From contig OZ024740.1 in assembly GCA_964016885.1 (NCBI GenBank), forward strand, positions 141,298,001 through 141,362,000: 64,000 nucleotides of DNA, given 5' to 3'. A program made the position numbers and the translations under genes. Positions 14,183 through 28,063 of this stretch are shown here, one piece after another. Source of the DNA: Eledone cirrhosa (Eukaryota). Each line of letters starts with the position of its first letter. The stretch's first letter is position 1. The notes under the pieces were generated by a model, which worked only from the letters and a program-made list of their open reading frames with translations, searched no databases and was not told the DNA's origin.

Positions 14183-15244
14183 GGAAATTATTATATATTT
14201 AATTTAATTCTACAAATTTGCATAAAATAGGAACCCTTTACGAAGTAGCACTATCCACTGCCACACATCAACAAACTAACAGAGAAAATATCTATGTAGA
14301 TGACAACAGGATATACACTGAAAATGTATTCATATTAACCCTTTTGATGCCAGCCTGGCCTAAATCTGCTCTGATTCTAAATCTGTTCTGAAACAAAACT
14401 ACTCATTTTAAATAGTTCTTATCTAAATTTAAATCTTCCAACATCATTTTATATAAGAACCATGATGATGATGATGATGATGATGATGAACCATATGTCA
14501 AGTTACTATCTTAGTAATGAAATAGTTTATAATTGTAGTAAATCCATCAAAATTCTTCATTAATTAATTGAAACAATGTATTTCATTAGAAATACAATAT
14601 GGTCACAAAATGGTTAAGGATTTTTGCTTTTCAAATAAACAAATACAGAAAAAAAAGGAAGAAAGGAAAGAAAGAAGGTAAGAAAGCAATCAAGCAAACT
14701 CTCACTATTTGTTCACAATACTATATATTAAGTTGTGGTTGCTGTGAACTTTCAACCTCCCAGCTGCCAACCCAATATGCTATCAGCTCACACAGCTGAT
14801 TATCAATTCTAAAAGGAAGATGACACAAGAAAAAAAAAAAAAAAAAGAAATAGAGGCAAAAAAAAAAAAAAGAAATATAGGCAAACATGGCTGTGTGGTT
14901 AACGATTTTGCTTTGCAAACCATGTGGTGTCTTCTGCTACAGCCTCATGTTGACCAATGCTTTGTGAGTGGAGTTAGGTAGATGGCAACTGCAAAAGCCC
15001 TCATTGTGTTCACACACAAACACACATACATGCACATTTATGTATGCAAAACGTCAACAAGAACAAACAACATAGTACAATGAGGATATATTAGTTTAAT
15101 GCTTGATATAGCATGAAAAGAAGCTTAACATTTCAGATGTTAATCAAACATCAGAAGATAAATTGAAAGATAGAAGAAGAAATAGAAAGATAGACGAAAG
15201 CAAACATTTTTTTATGGGAGGAAAGCTCGTGTATGTTAAGTCAG

Positions 15245-16385
15245 CCATCATCAACATTATTTAACATCCACTTTCCCTACTAGCAAGGGTCGAATGGCTC
15301 TTCAGAGACTGAGTCTGTACTGAAGTGGGGCTACTGACTTCTAGACTGGCTGGGGGTTCGCATGTCACTTCCATATAATTCCACATTCTACCACAAGAGG
15401 TTGTCATGTCTTTGACACAACTGGAGGGTCTTCCCAGCCTGTTGCTTGGCAAGCTTTCTATGGTTTGATGCCCTTTCTATCACCAACCATGTGTACTGGG
15501 TGCATTTATCGTGTAGATCACTAACAGTAGGGAGGTTGTGTCATTGACACATCTGAGGGGGTCCGCTTAACACTTTTAGGCATAGTTTCTACACCTTACT
15601 TGGTGCATTGGGTTCATTTTCGTGGCACCATTTACTAGAGAGGTTGTTGGTCATAATCCCCACTGAACTTCTTTGCTTTGTGTGCAGGGGGGGGGGGGTG
15701 AAGTTATAGGTGTGTGTAGTGATTTGGTTGAGTGATGAGTAAGGGGAAGGGGTGACTGGTAGTAGATGGAAAGAGAAGCATGGGTGTGAGTGGGGTAGAG
15801 ATGGAGTAATAGCTAAGGAGTGGTAGTGGAGGGGTTGCTCAGAGACTAGAGAGTAGCTACTAGGGTGTGAAAGTGAGGGTATCTAAAAGCTTTAGAGGGT
15901 GAGTAGCTAAGGAGTGGTACTCTGGGGGAATGGATGGGACGTGCGGTGGTGGAGAGGATAGCTGATGAGGAGTGCAAGTGGAAAGGGGTAGACACATGGA
16001 TGGCTCAGGTCATATTGTATACTTGTGTCCAGGTCTTCATCATCACAGCATACCAGCAGCCCTCTCGATCCTTTGTCATTGTGAGGCTTAGTTTCTTAAG
16101 GTCGGTCTTCATCCAAAGTCTTCCTGGGTCTGCCTCTTCCAAGGGTCCTAGCCACTGGGATTGTAGCTGCTATCTTCCATATGCTTTATATGTCCATACC
16201 AGCACAGTCTTCTCTCTTGCACATTACATACAATTCCCCTTATGCCGAGTTTTTCTCTCAGTTCACTTATGCTATGTTGTTCATATCATCGGAGCATACT
16301 CACTTCATTTCTTTCCAGCCTTAACAGGTTTTCTGCAGTCAAAGCCCATGCTTCAATGCCATGTAGCATTGCAGTTCAGACTTAG
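15245..16385 (-). mobile_element. Decayed RTE 3' end with long 3' UTR and tail module
   Basis: The minus strand near 16040-16380 resembles the GRGRPRKT(W)...DL..L.LT RTE C-terminus. The tail CCCTTGCTAGTAGGGAAAGTGGATGTTAAA lies at ~15260-15290. Confidence 0.55.
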
Positions 16386-17809
16386 TTTTGTGTTCTGTTT
16401 CTGACATGCTTAAATGATTGCTGGTTACATCTTATTAAATTCAGAAGTATTTACCCATATCTTTCCAAAGCCGGAATGCAAATCAAATGGATTTTAACTG
16501 TTAGTTTCAACACCATGGAAATCTGATACAAGGCTCAGTTAACAGGAAAAAACAAAGAAAAAAGAAACAGTGAATGCTCTAGGAGAGAATAGTTGTTATT
16601 GTTTAGCCTCAGTTTAATCCTGATATAGCAGACCAATGCTCAAAGGTATTCTATCTGTGAACATCCACAGTCTTTTTAGAGTTACCTAGGACCGCATTAT
16701 TTAATGTGTACTCCTCTTTATAAAACAGCAGTGTGTAGTTTGAGTGAGAGATTTGCTTGCTATTTCAAACAGATTAAACAAGCCTGTAGAGACTGTGTTT
16801 TGAGCCTAGGGAGAAGAAAGATGAAAGGCAAAATTGACTGTGGCAGGATTTGAATACTGAGGCATTTAGTGTGATGTTTTAATGACTGCCAATTCATTGC
16901 CTAGTTACCTATCTGTAAATCCCACAGAGTTTGACTTTACATTTCATCTTACTGCAGTTAATATATAAAGTAGCAGTCAAATAATGAAGTCAATTAACAG
17001 GACTGTGCTCTCTTCAAAGTATGTTAGATATTAATATTATTGAAAAACATCTTTCATTATTTTAGTGCATGAGGGTGTTGGATTAACAATATTGATAGAG
17101 CGTCAGAGAACATGCTTTGAGGCATGTAGTAATGTCCTCTTATGTTCTAAGTTTAAATCTCGCCATGGTTAGCTTTGCTTTTCATCCTTACAGGGTCAAT
17201 AAAATAAAGTACCAGTAATCCACTGGACTCAATTTAATCGAATTTCCCATCCCACCCAAAATTGTTGACCTTGTGTCTAAATCAGAAACCATTCTTTTAA
17301 TGCATGAGGGTAGTGGATTGGCAGTATTTGTAAAGTTTCGGACTGTTAAGGTGCTTAGTTGGGTAGTCTATCGTTACCTTGATACTCTGAGGAATGGAGT
17401 TAGCTATTTGCTGGATGCTCTCCATGGTGTTAGCTTTTAATTCGGGTTCATGGATACTCTCTTGTGGTTTGCTTTTATTACTTTATTAATATCATCTACA
17501 TAACAAAAGTACACGAGACTCAAGGAATATTTAGTCTCGTGTCCCATCATACCATAAACAGATTGGACATGTCACCTCTTCTAAAGCATATATTTTGTTA
17601 TTAAGTTTAAATATGTGGCCCTTTAGAATAGTCTTAGTTCTTGCTCCCACCACACGTGAAATCATTTTTATCACCTGATCACAAAGACCTGTAAGAGGTA
17701 GACCTCTTACCATAAAAAAAAACCCATAGAAAGATGGAGTGGTTGGACCAGAGCCATAAATATACATGGTATAGGAGGAATCAAGGACAGAGATCAATAA
17801 CTGATTTTG

Positions 17810-19585
17810 TTATTGTCTCTTATCTCTTCGATTCTGTGCTGGATATTCATGTTAAGAGAAGGGCAAGCAGGCACGAAAAATCACAGCAGAGACAGTAAAA
17901 GTGTCCAAAGTTAAGAAATGGGAGGACTTTGGAGTTAAGCTGGCATCCAACTTGAGATCTTCCGACTTCATAATAATAAGTCCTCCACCACACCTGCTAT
18001 CAGGAATGTATCAAGAGTTCTCCTCTCTTCAGAGAGGTGCATCCTTGCAAAGTGGAGAGTATACTTTGCCAATCTCCTAAACTCGATCACAACAGCATCT
18101 TCTGCTTTACATAAGATGCATCTGGGAGCGATGACTAATTTCTCAGAGGCTGAGGCCACAAGAGCAATTAAAGAGCTCAAATGTGATAAAGCCACTGAGA
18201 AGGATGATATTCAGCTTTAGATGTTAAAAGCCTTTAATGGAGACTGACTGACTCATATGTGCCGGGTAGCCTGGATCTCTGGAAAGGCACCTAAGCAATA
18301 GTAATTGGGAATGATGATCTCAATTTTCAAAAAGGGAGACAAGAGACATTGTTTCAATTACAGAGAGATCTGCTTGTTAAGCTTGTTAAGCATAAAGTCT
18401 ATGCTAAGTGTCTGGCAAAGAGATGAAGGGAGATTGTTGGGTCCAAGCTAGCTGATGAACTGTGGTTTTCACCTCAAACGCAGCACAGCTGACCAAATAT
18501 TCACACTACAGTAGGTCTTTGAGAAACTGTGGTAGTATTACCAAGAGGTATATACTTGTTTCATAGACCTTGAAAAGGCATACAACTGCATTTCATGAGA
18601 CCTGCTATGGAAGGTTTTGCAGGAGTATGGCATTAATGGACAATTTCTTGTTTCCCTGATCTACAAATGCCCGAGTATTTCTGTTCAGATAAATGGTGCT
18701 AATTCAAAACCATTCAATGTGGGAGTTCGACTTTGCCAAGGGTGCATACTGTCACCTCTCCTGTTCATTATTTTCATGCATGGGATTGACATGCGCAGCT
18801 GGGCTGGAAGTGATATCATGACAGGCAGGTGTAGGATGAATTGGCTGGAATTTGCAGACGACATGGTATTATTCAACAGAAAGTGATCTTCAATTTGCAC
18901 ATGATAGGTTTGATACTGAATTTTGCATGTCTGGAATGAAAATCAGTGCTGCGAAAACTGAGACATCTATCCTCTCAAGGAAGCATGTGCAGTGCACTCT
19001 ACATGTGAATGGAGTTCCATTGAAGCAGGTAGAGAAGTTCAAGTATCTCGGGGCCGTGTTCATGAGTGATGGAAGGCAGGAAGCTGAATTAAGTGCAAGG
19101 ATTGTGCAGTAATGTGCGAGCTTCAGCATTTAGTAATCAGAAGTGAGGTAGGTGTAAAAGCCAAACTTACTATCTTCAATTCGGTTTTTGTGCCAATCAT
19201 TACCTATGGTCATGAATCTTGGGTAATGACCAAAAGAATACTATTGTGAATACAAGTGGCTGAAATGGGGTTCCTCCGAAGGGTCTTTGGAGTAACGTTA
19301 CTCGATAGAGTGCATAGCTCAGAGATCAGAGAGTCACTCCTAGAAGAGCTGCTACTTTTCCGAATTGAGAGATCACAGTGGTTAGAATGTCTTAGGAAAA
19401 AATTGCTGGACAGATTTTATGGGCAAAACCAACCGGCAGTAGACCCAGTGGTAGACCCGCAGCAAGATGGTTGGGTAACATCCTTGAATTTGACTGGTCT
19501 TGCTTGGGGACCCAGCTGGATCAGTTGGTGATGGTTGCTTCTGACAGGACCTGCTGGAAGGAAGGTTTGAGGTATCTGCCCCAGG
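17810..19585 (+). mobile_element. Decayed RTE LINE (family C), RT region
   Basis: FIDLEKAY, GVRLCQGCILSPLLF, LEFADDMV, QVEKFKYLG and AEMGFLRRVFGVTLLDRV, with many stops and frameshifts. Confidence 0.85.
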
Positions 19586-19668
19586 AGGAGGAGGAGGAGG
19601 AGGAGGAGGAGGAGGAGGAGGAGGAGAAGAAGAAGAAGAAGAAGAAGAAGAAGAAGAAGAAGAAGAAG
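19585..19668 (+). repeat. (GAG)n(AAG)n compound trinucleotide repeat at the LINE 3' end
   Basis: Direct reading of the sequence. Confidence 0.95.
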
Positions 19669-19671
19669 ATA

Positions 19672-20013
19672 CTCGGAGTTTTCTCTATGATTTTTTCTTT
19701 TTTTTTCCCCTTTTTTGGCGTTATAAACGAATGCCTTCAAAACCAGTCAGAAACTATTAGTTTTGTAGTAGAAAAAAGAGGTGGAGGGGTCAGAAAGACA
19801 TCGAAATTTTGCAGATTTACACATCTCTCGAGTTTGGTAGGAAATAATTATTTTCATTTTTTTTTTGGGGGGGGGGGGGGGGGGCGAGAAATTCCGATGG
19901 TCCTTCTACCCCCTTTCACCCTCCTTTCTCTACAAAGCTAATCGTTTCGACTAGTTTGGAGGTCATATTCGTTGATAAAACGAGAAAATATAAATTGTAA
20001 AGAAAACTCCGAG
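19672..20013. repeat. Imperfect fold-back element (~340 bp)
   Basis: CTCGGAGTTTTCT / AGAAAACTCCGAG outer arms, and AACGAATGCCTTCAAAACCAGTCAGAAAC / GTTTCGACTAGTTTGGAGGTCATATTCGTT inner arms. Confidence 0.55.
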
Positions 20014-20341
20014 GGTGGGGCACTCCAACCCATCCGTTTTCCTGGGAAAAAAGTCGATTGCGTACATTAATTCATAGCACACGAAAAAAAAAGTGGAAAA
20101 AAATGTTTTCCCATGGAAATCGAGGGGGTGTTCTATAAATATAACTTAATTTTTTTTCTGTCATGAATAATAAGCAAGAGTCCCAATGAAATTTTCAGCT
20201 GAATGTATCCCTAGCTCCAGCATGACCACAGCCAAATGACCGAAACCAGTCGAAAAAGAGGAAACAAGTTTATTAAGCACCGGTAATAGCAACTGACTGT
20301 CTTGGCTGCCTAGAGCCTCGTTTAGCTGAATTACTGTTCGA

Positions 20342-20517
20342 TTATCTCCCTTTAAACTTCACGTTGTGATGGTCAATGTTGTTTCGCTCAATTGTGAAAG
20401 AATCATGAAGCTTTTCGTGTATTAAGTCGGATCTTACAAACCATTCCACATGACTAGAGTTCGATTTTATGTTTCGTTTTTCTTTTCATTATTGTTGTTG
20501 AAAATATGACCGTAAGT
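20342..20517 (+). promoter_or_regulatory. Candidate promoter and first exon ending in a GTAAGT donor (20512-20517)
   Basis: CpG-retaining segment. The 12-mer TTATCTCCCTTT also occurs at 41779-41790 upstream of the SDR ATG. ATG ACC directly precedes the donor. Confidence 0.35.
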
Positions 20518-20642
20518 GTATATATTATATTACATATATATATTTCTATTTATATACGTTTCACAATGTTTGCTTCATAAACAAATCTATCGTTCATGCG
20601 TCGTCGATACAGTTAAGACTTAATGAACGAATTTTTAAAGTC

Positions 20643-20718
<76 letters not shown>

Positions 20719-21204
20719 GTGTGTGTGCGTGTGTATATATATATATACATATATATGTATATACATTTATATATATGTATATATCAGTTTCTTTCACTTT
20801 TTATTAAATCTGATTTGAAAAAGAAAAAAAAACTGAGTTTAAGAAAATATAATTTGTTTTTGTATTTTCTTGGTTATGTTGCCAGTTTGTTTCTCGTATC
20901 TTAACATTCTGTCTGAAAAGAAACATGTTTTTTTACCCCGTGAAATACTACTACCACATTTAGTAGAGTTTATTTTACAAAAAAGTGGCACAAGTGAGTC
21001 CAAAGATCCAGTCTTTGACACCGCTACACTTTTTTATATACATAGTGTGTACTACAAATACTATGCATGTAAAGATCTCTCTCTCTCTCTCTCTCACTCG
21101 TTCTCTTTGTATATATAATCTCTCTCTCCCTTTCCATATATATATATCTATATATATGTGTGTGTGTGTCTATGTTCTATATATATATAATATAAAGGGA
21201 ATGG

Positions 21205-21293
21205 CTTCTACAGGACTAGAACTGTTTCATTAGAAGGAAATCATTATTTCCTGATGATTTCCTTCGAATGAAACAGTTCTAGTCCTGTAGAAG
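21205..21293. repeat. Inverted repeat containing a hammerhead-like core (Penelope-like remnant)
   Basis: Arms 21205-21243 and 21255-21293; CTGATGA (21251)...GAAAC (21270)...GTC (21282). Confidence 0.65.
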
Positions 21294-21438
21294 TGATTTC
21301 TATATCAAATATTGTATATGCTCTACTATGTATTGAGTACCTTACTGTGGTTACCCCCATTAAACCCGGGATACACACATATATACACGTGTGTGTATAT
21401 ATATATATATATGTGTGTGTGTGTATGTATAAAAAGAA

Positions 21439-21480
<42 letters not shown>

Positions 21481-21964
21481 TACTATCATACTGTTTCGAC
21501 ACTATTAGTATTTAGTTTCAAGGCCATCGGCTTTGCCTTTCGTGTCTTTAGGGCCGATAAAATAAGCTATCTAGCATGTATTGTGATTGATTTAATCGAT
21601 TGAACACCTCATTTCTGTACCTCCCTTCAAATTTTCTTATTTTTTATCAATCAATATAAAGGAAATCCTTACTTTTATTATTATAGAGTTCGAATTTTAT
21701 CGAGGTCGACTTCATTTTTCCTTTTTTTCATTCGTCTGGGATCGATCAAATAAAGTACCACCGTAGCTGTAATATACTAGGGTTTAGTCGGCTATAATCA
21801 CCACCTTTTTAATATTTAACCTTAAGCTTATGTTAAGTTCTAATTGATCTTTATTAAAACTATTGTGTTGTCACAGAATAAATAAACCGGAAAAATCTGT
21901 TATGGCAGCGTTACCTCACATTTATTTTATTTATTTTAAAAAAGCATCTTATTATGCATTGTTT

Positions 21965-22174
21965 TATATATATATATATATATATACATACATACATATT
22001 TATATATATATATATATACATAAATATATATATACATACATATATATATATACATACATATATATATATACATACATACATATTTATATACATACATATT
22101 TATATACATACATATTTATATATATACATATATATATATATATATACATACATATATATATATATATATATATG

Positions 22175-22214
<40 letters not shown>

Positions 22215-22221
22215 TACATAC

Positions 22222-22274
<53 letters not shown>

Positions 22275-22280
22275 CATATT

Positions 22281-22326
<46 letters not shown>

Positions 22327-22521
22327 CATATTTATATATATATATACATATTTATATATATATATACATATTTATATATATACATACATATTTATATATA
22401 TATATACATACATATATATATATATTCATACATACATATATATATATATTCATACATACATATATATATATATTCATACATACACACACACACATATACA
22501 TATATATCACACACCCACACC

Positions 22522-22561
<40 letters not shown>
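21965..22561. repeat. Patterned (TA)n/TACA array 5' of an RTE copy
   Basis: (TA)n units punctuated by CA, TT and TTCA, with visible higher-order repetition. Confidence 0.95.
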
Positions 22562-22564
<3 letters not shown>

Positions 22565-23281
22565 CATGCTCCGCTGGATGTGTAATAGTAATATACGTGA
22601 ACGACAAAGCATAAACGAACTAAGGAAAAAATTAGAAATAAGAGGGATCAGATGTTGTTTACTCGAGAGAAGGCTACGTTGGTATGGTCACGTGATGCGC
22701 ATGAAGGACGATAGCTGTATAACAAAGTGCAGGGCAATAAAGATAGACGGTAGCCACGGAATAGGCAGACCCAGAAAAACCTGGGACGAGCTGATAAACT
22801 CCGATCTCACACACTTACACCTCACCAAGACAATGTCACTGGACCGAGACCTTTGGCGGTACTCAGTAATAGAGAAGACCCGCCTTACCTAAATACAAAG
22901 TAAAACCTACTACAGTCAGTAGGCATCTCTAACAAAATACACCCCCGTCCCACCACCCCCACCCCATCCACACCCCCCCCCCCCTTCTATGTAAAGTTAT
23001 GTTGGTGCCACACCATCCAGGCCGAAACAAATGCGATCGTGTAGGTGTCACGACAAAGAAACACACAGTCCACGCTGAAATGTGGCCGTGTAGGCAACAC
23101 GGTAAAAACCTCCCAGACCCACACTGTAAATGTGGTTGGTGTTAGGAAGGGCATCCAACTGTAGAAAACCTGCCAGACAGTCCTATGCGAGCAAGACAAT
23201 CACTCTTGCCTCAAGTGGGAAAACCCCCGTCCAAACCCATGCAAGCGTGGAACACGGACGTTAAACGTTGATGATGATGAT
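22562..23281 (+). mobile_element. 5'-truncated RTE LINE, family A
   Basis: Near-identical to 49120-49821 ([15 protein letters not shown]...IEKTRL), with 3' UTR and (GAT)4 tail followed by (TA)6. Confidence 0.95.
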
Positions 23282-23332
23282 ATATATATATAAATTAGAC
23301 AATTATCAAAGTTGTGTTCAAATCATTTATTA

Positions 23333-23377
23333 GCTGACAGTCGTTTCTTCCAAACTCTCGTTTGGAGTCATCGGAGC
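23333..23377 (-). ncRNA. Hammerhead ribozyme-like motif (U4C core variant), Penelope-type
   Basis: Minus strand reads GCT-CCGATGA-C-TCCAAAC-GAGA-GTTTGGA-A-GAAA-C-GACT-G-TC-AGC, followed by AATAAA. Confidence 0.5.
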
Positions 23378-23510
23378 ATTATCAATGTTTGTACATGTAA
23401 TTAACCTCCTATTCAACTGAACAATAATATAGATACATATATATTGATGTTGTGAGCAACAGTTTCGTATTTATATGGATATACATAGATACACACACAC
23501 ACATACACAC

Positions 23511-23550
<40 letters not shown>

Positions 23551-24634
23551 CATACATACACACACACACATTATCCTTTAGTAAACATTTCCTAGTTCAC
23601 ATTGAGATATATAAGCTTATATTCTTCGAAAACAATCCATTAGTTTTCAATATACTTACTTTTTGATTTGATTATTCGCGTATCTTTTTTTCTTTTACAA
23701 TATAATTACTTCTAATCTAGTTGTGATTATTGCCATTTGTTTTAAGCTTGTTTTGTTTCATTTTTTTTTTTCATCTATTCGTAAAATCATTACTTGTGAG
23801 TGAATATTACATGTAATTTGTATGTGTATAATATATTGTATAATATATTGATAACATTTGAAGGCATTGATTCCACCTCCTCGCCCTTCTTCATCCCGTT
23901 ATTCTTGGGACTAATTTCAGGTTTATTTGTTTATATATTTATTTAAATCTGTAATTATAATATATATGTTTGAAATATCAACAAAAAATAAAATTTCAAG
24001 AAATTGATGTATCATGTTTATGTTTTGTTAACAAGAAAATTGAGCATACATTAATTAATGTTATATATTGTATATTTCGTGTGTCATTGGTTAATCTAAT
24101 AAAACAATTATAAATAAACAATAAATCAAAGGAAAATAATACAAGCTGTAAAATCATGGTCGCTTGTTTTTTTAGCCCCCGGTCAGCACTAATCGATCAG
24201 AACTAGAATCAGACATTCCATTTTTTATATTCGGACACAGGGTTGTCAGATTTTATTTGTTTATTATTTTATTTTTTTGCTGGTTAGCCAAGATGAGAAG
24301 GACAATACGTATGGCCCTGTTTCATGGTTTAAATGCTTGCAACTGAGTGGATTCTGCTAAATGACTGCAGGTGACCTGGTGGTGGTGTTAAATTTAGGCT
24401 ACAAGTAGTGGATTTCAGTACTTTTCCGGTCTGCCTCTGTGCGGTGGTTCAAGCTGCTACGAATAGCAACCAAATCTCTATATCTTAAAAAAAGGTTGGG
24501 GTAATACATTGGACAAAATCTTGTCTCTGGTTGAAAGACTTCTGCTCTCGTAGAGTTGACCTGTAACAGTGATTCTCAAACGAAAGACACTTGGCTCTCG
24601 GGAGTAATCCAAACTGGGCAAGAATAGTGTACAG

Positions 24635-24885
24635 TCATCATCATCACTGTTTTACATCAATTTTTCAAGCTTGCATGGGTTAAGCAGGTTGTCATGCTCT
24701 GAGACTAGACAGGAAGGTCAGACGACTGTCTTGTTCATACGTTCTATTTTGGCATCGTTTCTACGGCTGGATGTCCTTTCTAATGCCACCCACTTCACAG
24801 TGAATACTGGGTTTGTTTTCTTGACAGGGTGGACTGGGTGCTTTTTTCGTGGTATCAGCACTACTACCACTTTATAGTGTGGGCT
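24635..24885 (-). mobile_element. Non-autonomous RTE-tail module (SINE-like)
   Basis: Homologous to 6040-6320, with (CAT)n on plus. Confidence 0.6.
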
Positions 24886-25584
24886 GTACATTGTGTATAT
24901 ATCAAATGAAATACCAATATACCCAACTATAAGGCTGTTCACAAAACTGTTGCTTCAGACCTAATCCTAATGTTGGGACTATACATTTATTGAGGTTTGA
25001 AAAGTTTGTTCATGTTAATATGCTGTTCTGGTGAAAATTTACTAGATGATAATTTAAAGTTGAGGATGAGTTGTGGAAACCTGCAAGGATAGGATTGTGA
25101 TCCGGATCTCTGATGACCATTGACCTGGAGTTAAGCAACAACCTTCATGAGTCAAGTCAATGAGGCAGCCTTGATGTAGTTACTCGACCTCTTGAAATAG
25201 AAGCTAAATCTTTCTTAAATCATATTTTTAATCTATTAATACTATTCACATCTAGGGGATTTATTGTAGGAATATAAATTCACACCAGTACATGAGTGGT
25301 ATTTAATTTTAACCCTTTTGATTCCAAACCATCTCTGGTTTTATGATACAGAACTTTAATTTAAATTGTTTATATTTTACTAAAAAAAAACCCGTCATAA
25401 TTTTGTGTAAAACACCATCTTAATAATGAAGAAGTTAGGTATATTACTAAATCCTTCCAAATTGTTAACTATTTTCAAAATGATTTGGAAATCATAGGCA
25501 ATGTTTTTTTTATTCGAAATATAGTAGAAAGACAAAATGTCATGATTTGAATCATTTTTATTATTTTAGTCAGAGAAAGAATGG

Positions 25585-26925
25585 TAATCACCATTTGACA
25601 TCCATTTTCCATGCTAGCATGGGTTAGACGAGCTGTCCTGGTGTGAGACAAGCCAGGTTGGATGACCGTGTTTTACTCATGCAGAACTGATTTTGGCATG
25701 ATTTCTACGGCTGGATGCCATTCCTGACCCCAACCACATTTACAGTGTAGATCTAGGGCATGGGTGAGGAGTGGAGTGTTACGACGTGGGAGAAGAAGAT
25801 GGCATATACTAGATGTATGCCTCAGCCTCTTCACATGGGAAGCGGGTTTTCTGTATTACTACACAATGCCAGAGATCACAGTCCTGTATCATCGCCTTTG
25901 AGAGGTGCAATTGTGCAAGGTCAGCTTTTATCACCTCATCCCAAGTCTTCCTAGGTCTTCCTACTTTGAGTGCTCTGCTCCTTTTTATACAGCTGTCATT
26001 CTTCATATGCATCACATGTCCATACTAACGCAATCTCCTCTCCAGCACACTGCATCTGATACCTTTTATGCCCACTTTCTCTCTCAGTTCATTTATGCTT
26101 TGTCGTTCATGTATATTACTGTTATACATCCATTGAAGTATGGAAGCTTCATTTCTTTCCAATCTTCGCAGGTCCTCTCCACACAGTGCCCAGGTTTCAC
26201 TGCCATGCAGCATTGCTGTTTGTATACATGCATCATACAATCTGCCCTTCGTTTTGGGGAAAAAACCTTTTGTAGTTAGCAGCGGTAGTAATTCCCTGAA
26301 CCTTCTCCAACCCATTCTCACTCTGGCTACTGTGTTTTTGGAACATCCGCCTCTACTGCTAATTTGTCTCTCAGGTAACAGAAACTATCTACTACTTCTA
26401 CAGAGCCCTCTGGGTATTTTAAGGAGATTGTATCCTTTAGGCTCTTGCTACTTACTGCACCTGTGCATTGACCACATGTAAAACCTATTTGCTTTGCTAG
26501 CCTGCCTAAGATCCCACATCTCTTGTGTACCCATAATTTGCATTTGGGATATAGGATGGAGTTTCTACCTATTCTTTTTGTGCACACTGAGCATGGCCAT
26601 TTCCCTGTGGAAATCTGCACTCTGTTTTCCTTTCTACATACTAGAACTTTGGTCTTTGGCAAGTTAACTTTAAAACCTTTTGATTCTAGACCTTGCTGAC
26701 TATTTCTCTATACATGGCTTGTACTGCCCTCACGTCTACTCCTAGTTTTCTAAGAGCTCATCAGATAATGGAATGGAGGACTCTGTCAAAAGCTTTCTCC
26801 AGGTCAACAAAAGCCAAGTAGGGGTTTACCTTTAGCTAGGTACTTCTGCAGTTACCTCACAAGGAAGAAGGCATCAGTGGTACTTTTACCTGGCACAAAT
26901 CCAAACTGCAACTCATCTAGGTTGA
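25585..26925 (-). mobile_element. Decayed, internally deleted PHD-bearing RTE LINE (family A-related)
   Basis: [18 protein letters not shown]...KCKLWVHKRC...[29 protein letters not shown] and [11 protein letters not shown], followed by a tail module. Confidence 0.85.
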
Positions 26926-28023
26926 ACTGATCTATTTGTATTAATCATCCAAATCCTTGTGCTCTAAGTTCAAATCATGTTGAGGTCAATATTGGCCTTC
27001 ATCCTTTGAGTTGATAAAATTACCAGTCCACATTGATGAAAGTACCAGTTCAGGGAGGTGTGTTTGCAGATTGTTAGTGTGGGGAAAAATACCTCATGAT
27101 ATTTGTTTTGGCTCTTTGCATTCTGAATTGGAATGTTGCTGTAGGCTTACTCATTCATTTTGAGTGGCTTTACCAGTGCCTACTTTGTCGCAAGCATTCA
27201 AACCATGTCTGCAGTTTGAGGAGCCATAGCTGCTCTCTTTCCCTTACTGGTTAAACAGTAAAAAAAAAAAGAAAAAAAAACTGCAATCATTCCACTGGGT
27301 TAACCAATGTTCTTACACAATGTATAAAATTCTCATCTCTTAGTTGACAAAGAAATCTATGTAGTCACTTGATCTAGAAATACCATCCAAATTTTCCACA
27401 AATCACACCCCACTGTCTTAAAAAATCAAAGGATCAGTTATATTGTGAAAAGAAAAATGAAATTTACAGCTAAGTTCTGCAGGTTTAGCTAGCTTCCTAG
27501 AAGGTAGCATCTCATAAGATGTTTCTTCGGTGCTTTAATTATAGGGGCCTCAGTCTTTTTAAGAAAAGCAACATGAAATAAAGTATCTTGCTGAAGAATA
27601 CAACATATTGTCTTGTCTATTGTCCAGGAGTTGAACCCACGACCTGATGATTGTGAGTCCAATGCTCTAACCACAAGGACATTCTCCTCCACATCAGGTT
27701 AAACTGCGCTTGCCTGAAAAAAAAAGGGTGGACTGGTTATGACTCAAATATCTTTGATCATAAGTCTATTTAAGGCTGACCTATACTTAAACAACAATAC
27801 TTCCCATCTCTATGAATCTGACTATTGGCAGAATCATTTGTGTGGTGGGTAAAATGCCTTGGAATGTTTGTTCTGCATTTGAATCCCACTAAGGTCAACT
27901 TTGTATTTTGTCTTGTTGGGATTAATAAATGTATCAGTAAAGTACTGGGATCAATATAACCAACTTTTCCTTTCCCACCAAATTTCTGGTCTTTTTCCTA
28001 TGTTAGAGACAATTATTATTATA

Positions 28024-28063
28024 ACTAGCAGAAAAACCACCCTTCGGGTGGTTTTCTGCTAGT
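28024..28063. repeat. 40-bp palindrome with CTAG at both ends (Helitron 3'-terminus-like)
   Basis: ACTAGCAGAAAAACCACCC-TTC-GGGTGGTTTTCTGCTAGT. Confidence 0.7.

Noticed and set aside
14880-15000. tRNA genes suggested by A/B-box-like stretches (also ~27620-27690, ~28610-28720, ~33860-34020)
   Set aside because: No cloverleaf is apparent; these are decayed tRNA-derived SINE heads.
28030-28056. Rho-independent terminator
   Set aside because: The sequence is eukaryotic, and the CTAG termini fit a Helitron-like end better.
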